Assembly: GCA_964016885.1 (NCBI GenBank) | Contig: OZ024744.1 | Span: 104,222,001 to 104,286,000 of the forward strand | Reading direction: 5' to 3' | DNA: 64,000 nucleotides | Origin: Eledone cirrhosa | Lineage: Eukaryota | Part shown: in pieces, positions 42,245 through 55,970 of the stretch | Numbering within the stretch: position 1 is the first letter of the stretch | Layout: each line of letters starts with the position of its first letter | Translations under genes and position numbers: made by a program | The notes under the pieces: model-generated | Database searches by the model: none | What the model saw: the letters and a program-made list of their open reading frames with translations, nothing else | Told to the model about the DNA's origin: nothing

Positions 42245-43720
42245 ATACATACATACATACATACATACATGGTGGCTGCCAACTCGTTTTCGAGTACGGC
42301 CACTACTTTATATCCATGTAGGAGAACCCCTACCGATGCGCTGAACGAGTGTGATTTTTTAGTCCAGCCAGCGACTTGAAAGCTCTGGTACAAACACTAC
42401 ACTTGTGACAATTATTGACACATAGTGCTGGGCCCATGGTACCATGTGACGACAAGTGCAGAGAGATCTCCAGATATAAAGCAATGCCTGTGCTGTGAAG
42501 CTTTTATAGTGAGCAAAGGCACTGCACAAAGCCAGTCCCACTCTCTTAACCAAGATGATATTTACCAAAAAGAAGAACAAGTCAACATCATTGGATACCA
42601 TCAGAGTTGCAGGTGTTATATCAGAGTTTTCCTTCTCCTAGAATTCTGCCTTGACAAAGGCTAAGGGGTCATCTCTCCCGGTGATTTTGGATGGCCATTG
42701 ACTCTTAAGAGCTCCTTTGCCTTTTTGACAGGTTTTGTTTTTAGTCCTGCAGGATGTCCAAAGTCACCCTCCTCACCAAGAAACCTTGGTGGGGTTGCCA
42801 GTTTAGTCGCCAACGACCCGACCATGAGACAGGTTGTACTGGGATACATGTTACCAGTAGCACCAACTGGTGACCTGACATACATATATACATACATATA
42901 TATATATATACATACATATATATATATATACATACATATATATATATATACATACATATATATATATATACATACATATATATATATACATACATATATA
43001 TACATATACATACATATATATACATATATACATATATATATATACATACATATATATATATATGGTGGCTGCCAACTCGTTTTCGAGTACGGCCACTACT
43101 TTATATCCATGTAGGAGAACCCCTACTGATGCGCTGAACGAGTGTGACTTTTTAGTCCAGCCAGCGACTTGAAAACTCTGGTACAAAGACTACACTTGTG
43201 ACAATTATTGACACATAGTGTTGGGCCCATGGTACCATGTGACGACAAGTGCAGAGAGATCTCCAGATATAAAGCAATGCCTGTGCCGTGAAGCTTTTAT
43301 AGTGAGCAAAGGCACTGCACAAAGCCAGTCCCACTTTCTTAACCAAGATGATATTTACCAAAAAGAAGAACAAGTCAACATCATTGGATACCATCAGGGT
43401 TGCAGGTGTTATATCAGAGTTTTCCTTCTCCTAGAATTCTGCCTTGACAAAGGCTAAGGGGTCATCTCTCCCGGTGATTTTGGATGGCCATTGACTCTTA
43501 AGAGCTCCTTTGCCCTTTGACAGGTTTTGTTTTTAGTCCTGCAGGATGTCCAAAGTCACCCTCCTCACCAAGAAACCTTGGTGGGGTTGCCAGTTTAGTC
43601 GTCAACGACCCGACCATGAGACAGGTTGTACTGGGATACATGTTACCAGTAGCACCAACTGGTGACCTGACATACATACATACATACATACATACATACA
43701 TACATACATACATACATACA
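42245..43720 (-). repeat. Tandem duplication (~790-bp period) of a ~610-bp RTE-5'UTR-like non-autonomous element flanked by (ATAC)n
   Basis: 42270-42880 closely matches 43063-43670; minus strand has CTAGGAGAAGGAAAACTCTGA; related decayed piece at 38722-38760 and 39660-39770. Confidence 0.75.
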
Positions 43721-43959
43721 CATATGTGAAATATAGTCAATGGACTTTAGAATATATGAAAGTCTTAAGAAATGTTGTTCTTTTTAAATAGAACAAAGAA
43801 AAAGAAAAATTACTATAAAGATAGGTTGGTGTAGGTTAGAGTGGGTACTAGTTAACAAAACTGACTACCCCCTTTTAAAATAATAACCCTCTCACCTCTT
43901 TGCCCTTGCATCCTTCCAAACACCGTTTTCTTTATATAGACAACCATAAGCTAAATAAT

Positions 43960-44215
43960 TGTTTCTACTGTTGACACAAGGCCAGCAATTATCACAGTGC
44001 TTTACTGGTACTTTATTTTATAGATCCCATAAGAATTAAAGGCAAAGTTAACCTCAGCGGGATTTGAACTCAGATGGTAAAGGGGCCTAACTCTGTGCTG
44101 CAAAGCATGGCATCCGACTCTCTGCCGATACTGCCAATCCACCGATACTGCCAATCCACTGCCAATCCACCGATACTGCCAATCCACTGATACTGCCAAT
44201 CCACTGCCAATCCAC
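43960..44215 (-). mobile_element. SINE family B with tandemly repeated head
   Basis: Core AAGGCAAAGTTAACCTC; (CCGATACTGCCAATCCA)n. Confidence 0.78.
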
Positions 44216-44711
44216 AACCATAAGCTAGATAATGTTTTAATACCAGTTATTTTAAATTAACACTAACTTAAATATTACTGTTCATATAGTTAACATATCA
44301 GAATTATTTATTTTCAAAGCCCTGCCCTAAGCATACAGCCTGCCACCCTTTCCCCTTACCTCTCTCTTTCTTCTGTGGCCTAATAATCCTTGCTATTTCC
44401 TTTCTTTTCCTCTCATGTATGGCAATTATAGCCCTTTTCTTACTTTCCTATACAGCCAGATCTGCCCTTCTTTACTCCTTCCCTCTTTTTTTCATTACTT
44501 AATTTTGTTTTTATCCTTTTTTTTTTTCATATTTCCATCCTTGTATAACTTCTGTTTTGTAAAATATACTTGACATAATATGCTTATGTATAATAAAATT
44601 TTATATTTATTTTCAAATTAGTTTTGTAACTGAAAATAATTTGATTTCTTATTGGCTTAATTTTTTAAACAAGACAATTTCCCTCTGCTTACATTTTAAT
44701 ATTTTGTATAG

Positions 44712-44856
44712 TGTCAGAAACGAGAAGCTATGGTCACCAGTATGGCACTAAATTCTTCAAATACGGTATTATATTCCACTGATACATTTGGTTTTATCTA
44801 TGTCTGGGATATTGCTGGATATTGTGGAGTGAAGGCAGAAGAATATCCACCACCAT
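44712..44856 (+). CDS. WD40-repeat gene exon 7
   Basis: gtatag acceptor (an in-frame alternative cag lies 6 nt downstream), gtttgt donor; CQKREAMVTSMALNSSNTVLYSTDTFGFIYVWDIAGYCGVKAEEYPPP. Confidence 0.85.
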
Positions 44857-45100
44857 GTTTGTATATTTGAAACCTTCTTTTTTCATACAAATATATTTGA
44901 CCATTCAGTATAACTTTGATTTAATTTACAAAGTAAAATAGATAACACTTTAAATGTTTATGCCTGATTATCCACATGAAACAACATTTGCAAATCTTGG
45001 TAAAGTTTTGAAGAAACATGTATGGTCTATTGTATGTTCTAGCAAAAGTTTACAATAAAATAGTTTTGAGAAGTATTGTCTTAATAAAATAAACGCTTGT

Positions 45101-45470
45101 TTAATAAAACCCAGACTTAATCCATCTTACAGTTTAATACAACTGCCTGGCTCATGTATCTTTAATAAAACCCAGACTTAATCCATCTTACAGTTTAAGA
45201 CAACTGCCTGGCTCATGTATCTTTAATAAAACCCAGACTTAATCCATCTTACAGTTTAAGACAACTGCCTGGCTCATGTATCTTTAATAAAAACCAGACT
45301 TAATCCATCTTACAGTTTAATACAACTGCCTGGCTCATGTATCTTTAATAAAACCCAGACTTAATCCATCTTACAGTTTAAGACAACTGCCTGGCTCATG
45401 TATCTTTAATAAAAACCAGACTTAATCAATCTTATAGTTTCACACAACTGCTTGTCTCATGTATCTTTAA
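45101..45470. repeat. 61-bp minisatellite, about 6 units
   Basis: TTAATAAAACCCAGACTTAATCCATC... tandem units. Confidence 0.92.
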
Positions 45471-46097
45471 TGGAATACACTCTGTTGCAAAAGCATTTAG
45501 ACTAGGTCTCTGAACTGAGAACAATTCTTCTCTTCAAACCACCAATCTTGTCCTATATTTAAAGATAACTTGAAGACTTATTTTGCTAACTACTAGCAAA
45601 AGGCTGGAGTGTATTTTATTTCTGTCTCAAACTTTCTCTCAAAATTTATATTATTAGGCTTGTTAAGTTAATTTAACAATAATAGGGTTCATCTCAAAAT
45701 ATGTTACCCCAAACTTTGGGTAGCAGTCAGTAAAATTTGAATCAATTGCTTTCATTTAACAAATGTTTATGGATTGAGATAATATTTGCTCAGACTATAT
45801 TGTGTATTCTTTTCCTGGTTCTTCCACATCTGTTTCAACTTCCAGCAGTAAGCAAGGGAAGCACTGTTCTGATGAGAGCAGACTTCGAAATGCAGACAAT
45901 TATCCTCTGCTGCTTCTGCTGGAATCCAGTAGACGGATTCCACTGTTTTATAGGCATACACATATGCTCATACGTACACACACACACACACACATGTACA
46001 CACACATTGAGCTAATCAAAAAAGGGACATGAGCTGGTAAAAAAAGGACCTTTTACTAGCTCAAGTCCCTAAGGAGCTAGTAAGAGTACTGCCAATT

Positions 46098-46976
<879 letters not shown>

Positions 46977-47007
46977 TGTATATATGTATTTTTAACTTAT
47001 ATTTAGG

Positions 47008-48317
47008 AGAAGTCTATCGAACCCCATCAAGGTTTCTTTATACTCAGGAACTACCTGTCTATTCCTAAGCTTCTGTATCTGCTGAAGGTCAGCCCCTCTC
47101 ACAGATTTCCGTCCTGCCTCCAACGCTTTGACGACCTAATCTTCGAGAAACTCGAGTGTCTGGTCAATGTTAGACTCTCTCCAGAGTCCCCCGATCAGGC
47201 TGCTTTGCCCAAGCAATTTGGGGGTCTTGGTCTTCATAAGTGTTCGTCCCTCTTTCTCCTCTGCTTCCTTTCTTCCACCCACGCTTACTCCACCCTGGTG
47301 AGCAGCATCCTCTCCTCTCCAACATGGACTAGTTCCAACAGGGAGTTAGGTGAAGCTCTCCAGCAATGGAGTGAGCTGGGCTTGTCTCTTCCTGAGAAGG
47401 TGGAGGACAGTCGAAGTCAGAGAGCTTGAGACAGCATAAGTTCGAAGGCCACCTTCAACTCCCTCTTCATCCAGTCAGATCAGTTTGCAAGGTGCCGCTT
47501 ACTATCTGCCAGAGCCAAATACTCAGGTGACTGGGTTGATGCCCTACCCGTGGCCAATGTTGGTGGCCTACTCAGCCTGGACGAACATCGTGTCTCCATC
47601 ATCTTCAGAGTGGGAGCTGACGTCTGCATGGGTTTGAGGTGCCGATGTGGCAAACTCCTCAACTCCACAGGCCTCCACGGTCTTGCCACCTGAATGCCGG
47701 CCACTTCGAGTGTCACATGGAGCTAAACCTCATTTTGAAGAGAGCTTTGGCCCGGGCGAATATCCCCTTACTCTTGGAACCATCTGGGTTGTCCAGACGT
47801 GTCGGCAAAAGACCTGACGGTCTTACCCTGTGCCTCTGGTTGAGAGGCAGGTGCCTTGTGTGGGACATCACTGTTAGTGACTCCTTTGCTCTTTCCCACA
47901 TCCTGGATGCTGCGGTTAGGACGAGAGCCACAGCTTCTGCAGCCGAGCGGAGTAAGACCCTCAAATACTCTGATCTGTCGGCCAGCTACATTTTTCAGCC
48001 TGTGGCTTTCGAGATGTTTTGGGGAGTTGGGCTGCTGACTGCGAGGTTCCTCTCTTCACTGACGGCTCGCCTAATAGAGGTGACTGGCGAATCTCACGAG
48101 GGTGCTTGACTGTTTTAGTGCATCAGCCTCGCCATCACCCGAGGCAACGCTGCGAGTGTGCTGGCTTGCCTCAAAAATCATTAGAGAGGTTGCCCAGTAC
48201 TCCTTGCGACGTTGCTGTCTTTTGCTCTGGTGTTGGCTCGGTTGTTCACCCCTTCCTTTACATTTTCTTTAATATTGTAACATTAAAGGAATATATCTTT
48301 CTGAATGAATTGCGAGC
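47008..48317 (+). mobile_element. CRE-clade REL retrotransposon, 5'-truncated, 21-bp TSD
   Basis: IPKLLYLL, LPKQFGGLGL, CRCG..HGL, EPSGL..KRPDG..WDITV..KTLKY..PVAFE; TSD TATTTTTAACTTATATTTAGG at 46987-47007 and 48318-48338. Confidence 0.87.
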
Positions 48318-48488
48318 TATTTTTAACTTATATTTAGGGAAGGTGTATATGTATTTTTAACTTAGATTTGCCTAAAAGGTTTTGATTTTTTAATCTATTT
48401 TACCCGGTGTTTCGTTTTTATTTCTCAGATGTCATAACAAATTATATTTTTTAATTTATAATTTTGATATTGTTTATTTTGCATTTAG

Positions 48489-48617
48489 TGATTACAAAAT
48501 GGCGAGGTCATACTAAGAGTATCAGTGAAATAATATTTATTGATGACCAAGATGTTGTTATCACTGGCGCTACTGACTGTATGGTAAGAATGTGGACAAC
48601 TGATGGATTATACATAG
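48489..48617 (+). CDS. WD40-repeat gene exon 8
   Basis: atttag/gttagt; (L)ITKWRGHTKSISEIIFIDDQDVVITGATDCMVRMWTTDGLYI(G), WD40 repeat. Confidence 0.92.
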
Positions 48618-48636
48618 GTTAGTTTTTTCATTTATA

Positions 48637-48892
48637 TCTGTGTGTGCGTGACAGCTCATACCTATGCAGGTTTAGCTGGCCTCCTCCAAGGTATATCTCG
48701 TTGGGGGTGTCTTGGGTGATTTAATGATAGGGACCCCAACCCTATCATCTCATTTCTACAGCTGAATAAACTGGATCAACGTGAAATAAAGTGTCTTGCT
48801 CAAGGAAACAACACATCACCCGGTCCGAGAATTGAACTCACAACCTTTCGATTGCAAGCCCAATGCTCTAACCACTAAGCCATGTGCCTTCA
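48637..48892 (-). mobile_element. SINE family A head/core with alternative tail
   Basis: Reverse complement of 36446-36683. Confidence 0.85.
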
Positions 48893-49239
48893 CAATCTGT
48901 GTGTATATCTGTAATTAAGGATGTACTGGGAAAGCCAATACAATGTAAATAGATAATATAATGTTAGAACTACAATGCTGTAAGCATGAAACATAATAGT
49001 TTGTACGATATACTTCATATTTCATGGCTAGAATCTCTTTTGTAAGTGAAGAAACACCAGTGTCTTGTTCTTATCGGATATTCTTTGTTTTGTAACTGAG
49101 TATTAGTGGAAAGGTGATACATACAAACTAGTCACAATAGCTAGTTGGCTTTATCTAGCTTTGTTTTCATATATATGTATATATATATATATATAGATAT
49201 AGATATATGTATATATATAGGTAAAATTCCTGAGATCTA

Positions 49240-49463
49240 GTAATAATGATTTCTAGTATAGGCACAAGGCCAGTAATTGGGGGGGGGGGCAAGTCGATTA
49301 AAATCGATCCCAGTTCGTGACTGGTACTTTATTTTATCGACCCCATAAGCATGAAAGGCAAAGTTAACCTCGGAGTGATTTGAACTCAGACCGTAAAGGA
49401 CCGAAACTCTATGCTGCAAAGCATGGTCTCTGACTCTCTACCGATACTGCTAATCCTCCGCCA
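49240..49463 (-). mobile_element. SINE family B
   Basis: Core and B box on minus strand. Confidence 0.8.
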
Positions 49464-51233
49464 GACTCGAGCCTGGAACTAGGTGTTGAAATGGCAGGAA
49501 CTCAGCTGTCGGGTCCTGTCTCTTTATAAATATATACTGTATGTACTTATCATTAGTAAAGATTAAAAGTTTAAGCAAAAAATTTCTGCTTTCACCCTAA
49601 GAGGGATCATCTGAAGCTGTTTCAGATGATCCTTCTCAGGGTGAAAGCAGAAATGTTTTGCTTAAACTTTTAATCTTTACTAATAATAAAAATTTGCTAT
49701 TTGGGTGTGTATATACTTATATATATATATACAACCCTTATCGTGGTCTCTTTGTATTTATTATTACTGTATATATATATTATCCTCATCATTTAATACC
49801 TATTTATCCACAGAGGTTAGACGGGTTGTTACGTTATAAGACTAGGCAGGTCACGTTACCCATGTTTTGCTCATATGGGTCTGTAAATATATACATACAT
49901 GTATATATATATATAAAGCAAACGACACGGTACAAATATATATATATATGTGTATATATATATATATAGTTGGCTGTGTAGGAGACACTGTAAAAAGGCT
50001 CCCAGTCCACACTGTAAATGTGGTTGGTGTCAGGAAGGGCATCCAGCCGTAAGAAACCTACCAGAAACACTTCCGTGTGAGTGAGACAGTCTCCCGACCA
50101 TTCCCGCATGATATGGAACAAAACCATCTCACCCATGCTAGCATGGAAGATGGACGTTAAACGATGATGATGATTATATATATATATGCATAATATATAT
50201 ATACTTGTAATTATAATTTAGAAGTATTAACGTTTTTTACTATGAAAAATAATCTAAAATGTTTGGCATATGAACTCTGAAATAATTTTTTCGGTTTCCA
50301 GGGTTTTCGGTTTCCATGTCTAACTTAGAATATTTTTCATAGTCAAAAAATGTTGTTACTTCTAAATCACAAATTCAAATATATATCACTCACTAGTTCT
50401 AAAAAAAATAGATTGTATATATATATTTCACATTGCTCTCATTCACTCAGCTGTAGAAATGAGTTGCAACGTCACTGGTGCCAAGCTGTATCAGCCATTG
50501 CCTTTCCCTTGGTCAACATCAGTGGCGTGGAGAGGGGAGACTGGTATACATGGGTGACTACTGGTCTTCCACAAGCAACTTGTGCCTCGGAGAGGTTAGG
50601 GTTAGAGTTAGGGTTTCCTAACATCAAAACTACCACTTTACAGAGTGTACTAAGTACATTTTATTTAATTGTAGGGGTGGTAGTGGTCTTGAAAAGAGTG
50701 AGTGGTGACAGGTAGCCCAGAATTGGGTATGGGAGACTGGGAGGGTAAATTTAATAAAATTTGTGTGTACATACTCTTGAGTTTCAAATAATTATTCCCA
50801 CCCCATTCTCGCTTACTAATTTTTCACAATTTTTCACCCCTTACCCCCATCCCCACTCTTATTCCAAGGGGTCTCAATATGTAAACTAAACAACTAATTT
50901 TGGTTTTTAAAAAAATCAAGGGAGACAACCTAGAAAAAATTACTGCCCCCCCCCCCCCCCCCCCATCCCCATTTATTCCACACCCTTATTATTTGGGACC
51001 TGAGAGTGCAAGGCTAAGATACCGATCAATGTATGTGTGGGTTGGAAGGAGGATAGCATCTTTATTTAGATAGTAGGGAAGGAAAGAAATTAAATGATGT
51101 GGAGGGCGACAAGATTTTGTGAGATGAAACTTGCTGCTAATCTTCAACACATCATCTCATGTCTACCTCTTCCACTGATTACATCCATTTCAAGGTGCAG
51201 CTGTCATTATACATACACATTACATGTCCATAC

Positions 51234-51420
51234 AGGTGGATTGGCAGTATCGGTAGAGAGTCGGACGCCATGCTTTCCAGCATAGTTACGCCCATTTACA
51301 GTCTGAGTTCAAATCCCGCCGAGGTTTACTTTGCCTTTCATCCTTACGGGGTCGATAAAATAAAGTACCAGTAATACACTGGGTAATTGCTAGCCTTGTG
51401 CCTAAAGTAGAAACAATTAC
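51234..51420 (+). mobile_element. SINE family B
   Basis: Flanked by the direct repeat ATTACATGTCCATAC (TSD). Confidence 0.85.
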
Positions 51421-51490
51421 ATGTCCATACTAATGCAGTCTTTTCTCGTGTACACCGCATCCAATCCCTCTTATGCCCAAAAAGGTAGGT

Positions 51491-51681
51491 CAGGCATATC
51501 AAACATGCAGCCCTTTACAGCACAAAGATTTTTAAGGCGCGAGCATGTTTTATCTTTGTAATATAAATATAAAATGAAAAAAAATAGTTGTAATGTGAGC
51601 AATTAGTTGTTGTGTGTGGCCCTCAGACAGTATATATGTGACACATGTGGCTCTTGGGGAACCCTGTGTTTGACATGCCTG
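51491..51681. mobile_element. hAT (Charlie-like) MITE
   Basis: TIRs CAGGCATATCAAAC / GTTTGACATGCCTG; imperfect 8-bp flanks AGGTAGGT/GTCTAGGT. Confidence 0.65.
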
Positions 51682-51986
51682 GTCTAGGTGATGGGAAGGG
51701 CATCCAGCCATAGAAAATCTGCCAAACAGTGTTTAAAGAACTCCAGCTGTGTTGAAGACATGACAACCTCTCTAGTGGTAGTACTATGATAAAATGCTAC
51801 TGGTTCTCTTTGTAGAGTGCCAAAATGTATGTAAGTAAGATGCAGACCTCTGGTTACAACAGGGGAAAGGTTATATGTCACACACAGTCCTATGTTACAA
51901 TAGGGAGGGGAGGTTTTATGTCACACAGATTTCCACATTTCAGCTAAATAAAAGTTCCTTTCTTTCCCTGCTTTATATGTCCGTAG

Positions 51987-52138
51987 GAGTTTTTGGTCAA
52001 GAAGCTCTGTGGAATATTCACCGCCCGGAGACCTTTGAACATCCTCTCATTCCATACGACGTCCTCATTGATCCACTTAGTTTACCAGATATGACAGCGT
52101 TATTTCCAACAGATGCTGATGAAACAGAAGCAACAACT
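51987..52138 (+). CDS. WD40-repeat gene exon 9
   Basis: ccgtag/gtaagt; (G)VFGQEALWNIHRPETFEHPLIPYDVLIDPLSLPDMTALFPTDADETEATT; the GxFGQ..W motif follows the last WD repeat. Confidence 0.88.
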
Positions 52139-52196
52139 GTAAGTTTGTTTATATTTCTCTTTCATCATAATTGTCATTGCCGTCATCATCATCATT

Positions 52197-52236
<40 letters not shown>

Positions 52237-52255
52237 CCATTATCATTGTCATCGC

Positions 52256-52300
<45 letters not shown>

Positions 52301-52746
52301 ATATATGCTGAAGGACAGATAAATATTTGAGTCATGTCCATAACTTCTATAGGTGACCCTGAGCCAATCCTCTGGGAAACACACGTAACAGGTCAATACA
52401 CAATAAAATCCTAAATGCATGCAAACAAAACATCATCGTTTTTCTTAATATATACACTCTACCTGTGTATTGAGTGCTTATTTTGGTACCACCACCAGTA
52501 AACCACTGTATCACATACAATATATATATATAGGAGCAAGACAAGGGCACCTGATCAATCCTGCCTCTAGTGGGTCAATCCCTGCCTAACCCATGCTAAC
52601 ATGGAAGATAGACGTTAAATGATGATGATGATGATGATATATATATATATATATATATATAGGGCGGTGCCCCAGCATGGCCTCAGCCGGATGGCTGAAA
52701 CAGGTAAAAAAGGGTAAAAGAGTATATATATATATATATATATATA

Positions 52747-53466
52747 TAAAGTTATGTTGGTACCACAACATCCAGTCCGTATGTGTAATAGTAATATACG
52801 TGAACGGCAAAGCATAAACGAACTAAGGGAGAAATTAGAAATAAGAGGGATCAGATGTTGTTTACTCGAGAGAAGACTACGTTGGTATGGACACGTGATG
52901 GGCATGAAAGACAACAGCTGTATAACAAAGTGCAGGGCAATAAAAATAGACGGTAGCCACGGAGTAGGCAGACCCAGAAAAACCTGGGACGACTTGATAA
53001 ATTCTGACCTCACACACTTACACCTCTCCAAGACAATGTCACTGGACCGAGATCTTTGGCGCTACACAGTAATAGAGAAGACCCGCCTTACCTAAGTACA
53101 AAGTGAAACCTACTACAGTCAGTAGGCACCTCTAACAAAAATACACCCCGTCCCACTACCCCCACCACATCCACACCACCCCTTTCAATGTAAAGTTATG
53201 TTGGTACCACAACATCCAGTCCGAAACAAATGAGGTTGTGTAGGTGTCACGACAAAAAATCACACAGTCCACGCTGTAATGTGGTCGTGTAGGTAACACG
53301 GTAAAAACCTCCCAGTTCCACACTGTAAATGTGGTTGGTGTTAGGAAGGGCATCCAGCTGTAGAAAACCTGCCAGACAGTCCTATGCGAGCAAGACAACC
53401 ACTCTTGCCTCAAGTGGGAAAACTCCCGTCCAAACCCATGCAAGCGTGGAAGATGAACATTAAACA

Positions 53467-53500
<34 letters not shown>
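52747..53500 (+). mobile_element. RTE subfamily A 3' fragment inside (TA)n
   Basis: MCNSNIRERQ...EKTRLT, UTR, (GAT)n. Confidence 0.9.
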
Positions 53501-53501
<1 letters not shown>

Positions 53502-53683
53502 ATATATATAGAGTATGTGGTGGTGAGACCAAAGAGACCACTAATCATGTGAGTACGTGGAGAAAATAGAGTGGATGTAGAGATGTGTAAGATCCCGACC
53601 ATGCCACCAAACAGTTTCGGCTTGCTGATTACACAAGCTGAAAAACTGCTTGGCGCCGCAGTCGGGATCTTACACATCTGTGT

Positions 53684-53714
<31 letters not shown>

Positions 53715-55970
53715 CCGTTTTATGTCCATTCTTCCACACTGGCATGGGTTAGACGGGTTGTCCTGTTGTGGGCAGTGCCCAGTCGGCTGACCATGCCTTG
53801 CTCATACGGGAACTGATTTTGGCTCGATTTCAACAGCTGGATGCCCTTGCTAACCTCATTTACAGTGAGTACTAGGTGCTTTTTTACCGTGGTGCCTACA
53901 CGTCCCCTGTTGTGACACCTCCACGACCACTTTGCAGTGGGAGGGGGTGGGGGACATATTGTCTATATGCTTCAGCTTCGGCTTGTACCTGTGGGAAGTC
54001 GGGTCTTCTGTATTACAGTGTGACGCCAGTGGTCACGGTCCTGTGTCATCGCCTTTGAGAGGTGTAATTGGGTAAGATCAGCTTTTATCACCTCATCCCA
54101 GGTCTTCTTGGGTCTCCCCACTCCATGGCTTCCATCGACTTTTAGTGCTCTGCACCTTTTTATGCAGCTGTCGTCCTTCATATGCATCACATGTCCATAC
54201 CAACGCAACCTCCTCTCCTGCACACAGCATGTGATTCCTCTTATGCTCAGTCTCTCTTTCAATTCGTTTATGCTCTGCCGTTCACGTATATTACTATTAC
54301 ACATCCATCAGAGCATGCAAGCTTAGTTTCTTTCTAATTTGCGCAAGTCTTCTACAGACAACGCCCAGGTCTCATTTCCATGTAACATTGCTGTTCGTAT
54401 GCACGCATAATACAGTCATTTTGAAGGAAAAGCCTTTTGCAGCTAACAGAGGCAGTAGCTCCCTGAACTTCTTCCATCCTGTTCTTACCCTGGTTACTAT
54501 ACTTTCAGAACACCCACCTCCACTGCTAATTCAGTCAACTAGGTAGCAGAAGCTCTCTATTGTTTCTACAGAGCCCTTCCAGAGTTTGTTTCTACAGCGC
54601 CCTCCCAGAGCTTGTTTCCTGTGGCTGTTTGCTGCTTACTATCCCAGGCAACTGCTACATGTAAAGCCTACATTCTTAACTAAACTTCCTGAGAGCCTAC
54701 TACATCTCTTGTGTACCCATAGTTAGAATTTGGGGCAGAGGATGGAATTCCTACATACTGAACAAGGGAATCTGGGTTCTGTTTTCTCATCTACTTATGA
54801 GGTCCTTAGTCTTTGTTAGGTTGACTTTGAGACCCCTTCTTTCTAGTCCCTGCTTCCATGTTTGGAATTTCTTCTCTAGTTCTACCATAGACTCTGTTAT
54901 GAATGTAAGATCATCTGTGTACTGGAGTTCTCATAGGCATCCGGTCTTAAACTCCTCAGTTATAGCCTGCAATATGATAATAAATAGGAGAGGGCTAAGA
55001 ACAGAGCCCTGGTGGACACCGACCTGTATGCTAAATTCCTCGCTATAGTCATTGCTAATCCTAACTTTGCTGACTGCTCACCTATACATGGCTTGTACAA
55101 CCTTCACAAGCCATTCATCTACTCCTAGTTTTCTAAGAGCCCACCAGATTATAGCATGGGGCACTCTGTCAAATACTTTTTCCAGATCGACAAATGCCAG
55201 GTAGAGCGGCTTACTTTTAGCTAGGTACTTTTCCTGTAACTGCCTCACAAGGAAGAGGGCATCAGTGGGGCCTTTTCCTGGCACAAACCCAAACTGCATC
55301 TCATCTAGTTTTACCCCGTCTCTAATCAGCTGTGCTATAACTCTTTTCGTTACTTTCATGACCTGGTCCATCAGCTTTATACCTCTATAGTTTCCTCTAT
55401 CTATTGCATCACCTTTACGCTTGTAGCAGTTGACAATGATGCTGCTGCACCAATCCTTTGGTATGACACCTTCTAGTATTACCTGGTTAACAATACGTGT
55501 GGTTATGGTGTGACCTACCGACCAGCAGCTATACCCGATGGACCAGTTGCCTTCCCAGCCTTCATATCTTTAATTGCCTTACTTACTACACTGCTGCTGA
55601 CTTGTACTGCTGGGACCTCTATAGGGTCTACTTGGGATAGGATCTCTTTTTCCTATGCAATAATTTTTCATAATGGCTCTTCCACGCAGCTTTCTTCTTG
55701 ACACTTGAGAAGGCAAGTGAATCTTTATCATCCCAGACACACTTCTCTCCAATGACATCACAATGTTCTCTAACACACTGCCTCACAATCCTGAACACCA
55801 CCTGTTTCTGGTCCTCACGGTGCAAAACATGCTTGAATTTTCTATCCTCCGCTTCCCTTCTAGCTAAGTATACTTGTTGCCTAACTTCCCTCCTGGTCTC
55901 TATGTAATGAACCCTGCATCTCCCCGTTCTTCCATTCTTTCCATGCCTGTCTCTTGCCCTTAATTGCTTC
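53684..55970 (-). mobile_element. RTE subfamily B, decayed
   Basis: Fragmented ORFs 53972-54304, 55078-55371, 55628-55972. Confidence 0.88.

Noticed and set aside
50594-50616. Interstitial telomeric repeat TTAGGG
   Set aside because: Only about 3 imperfect units; too short to interpret
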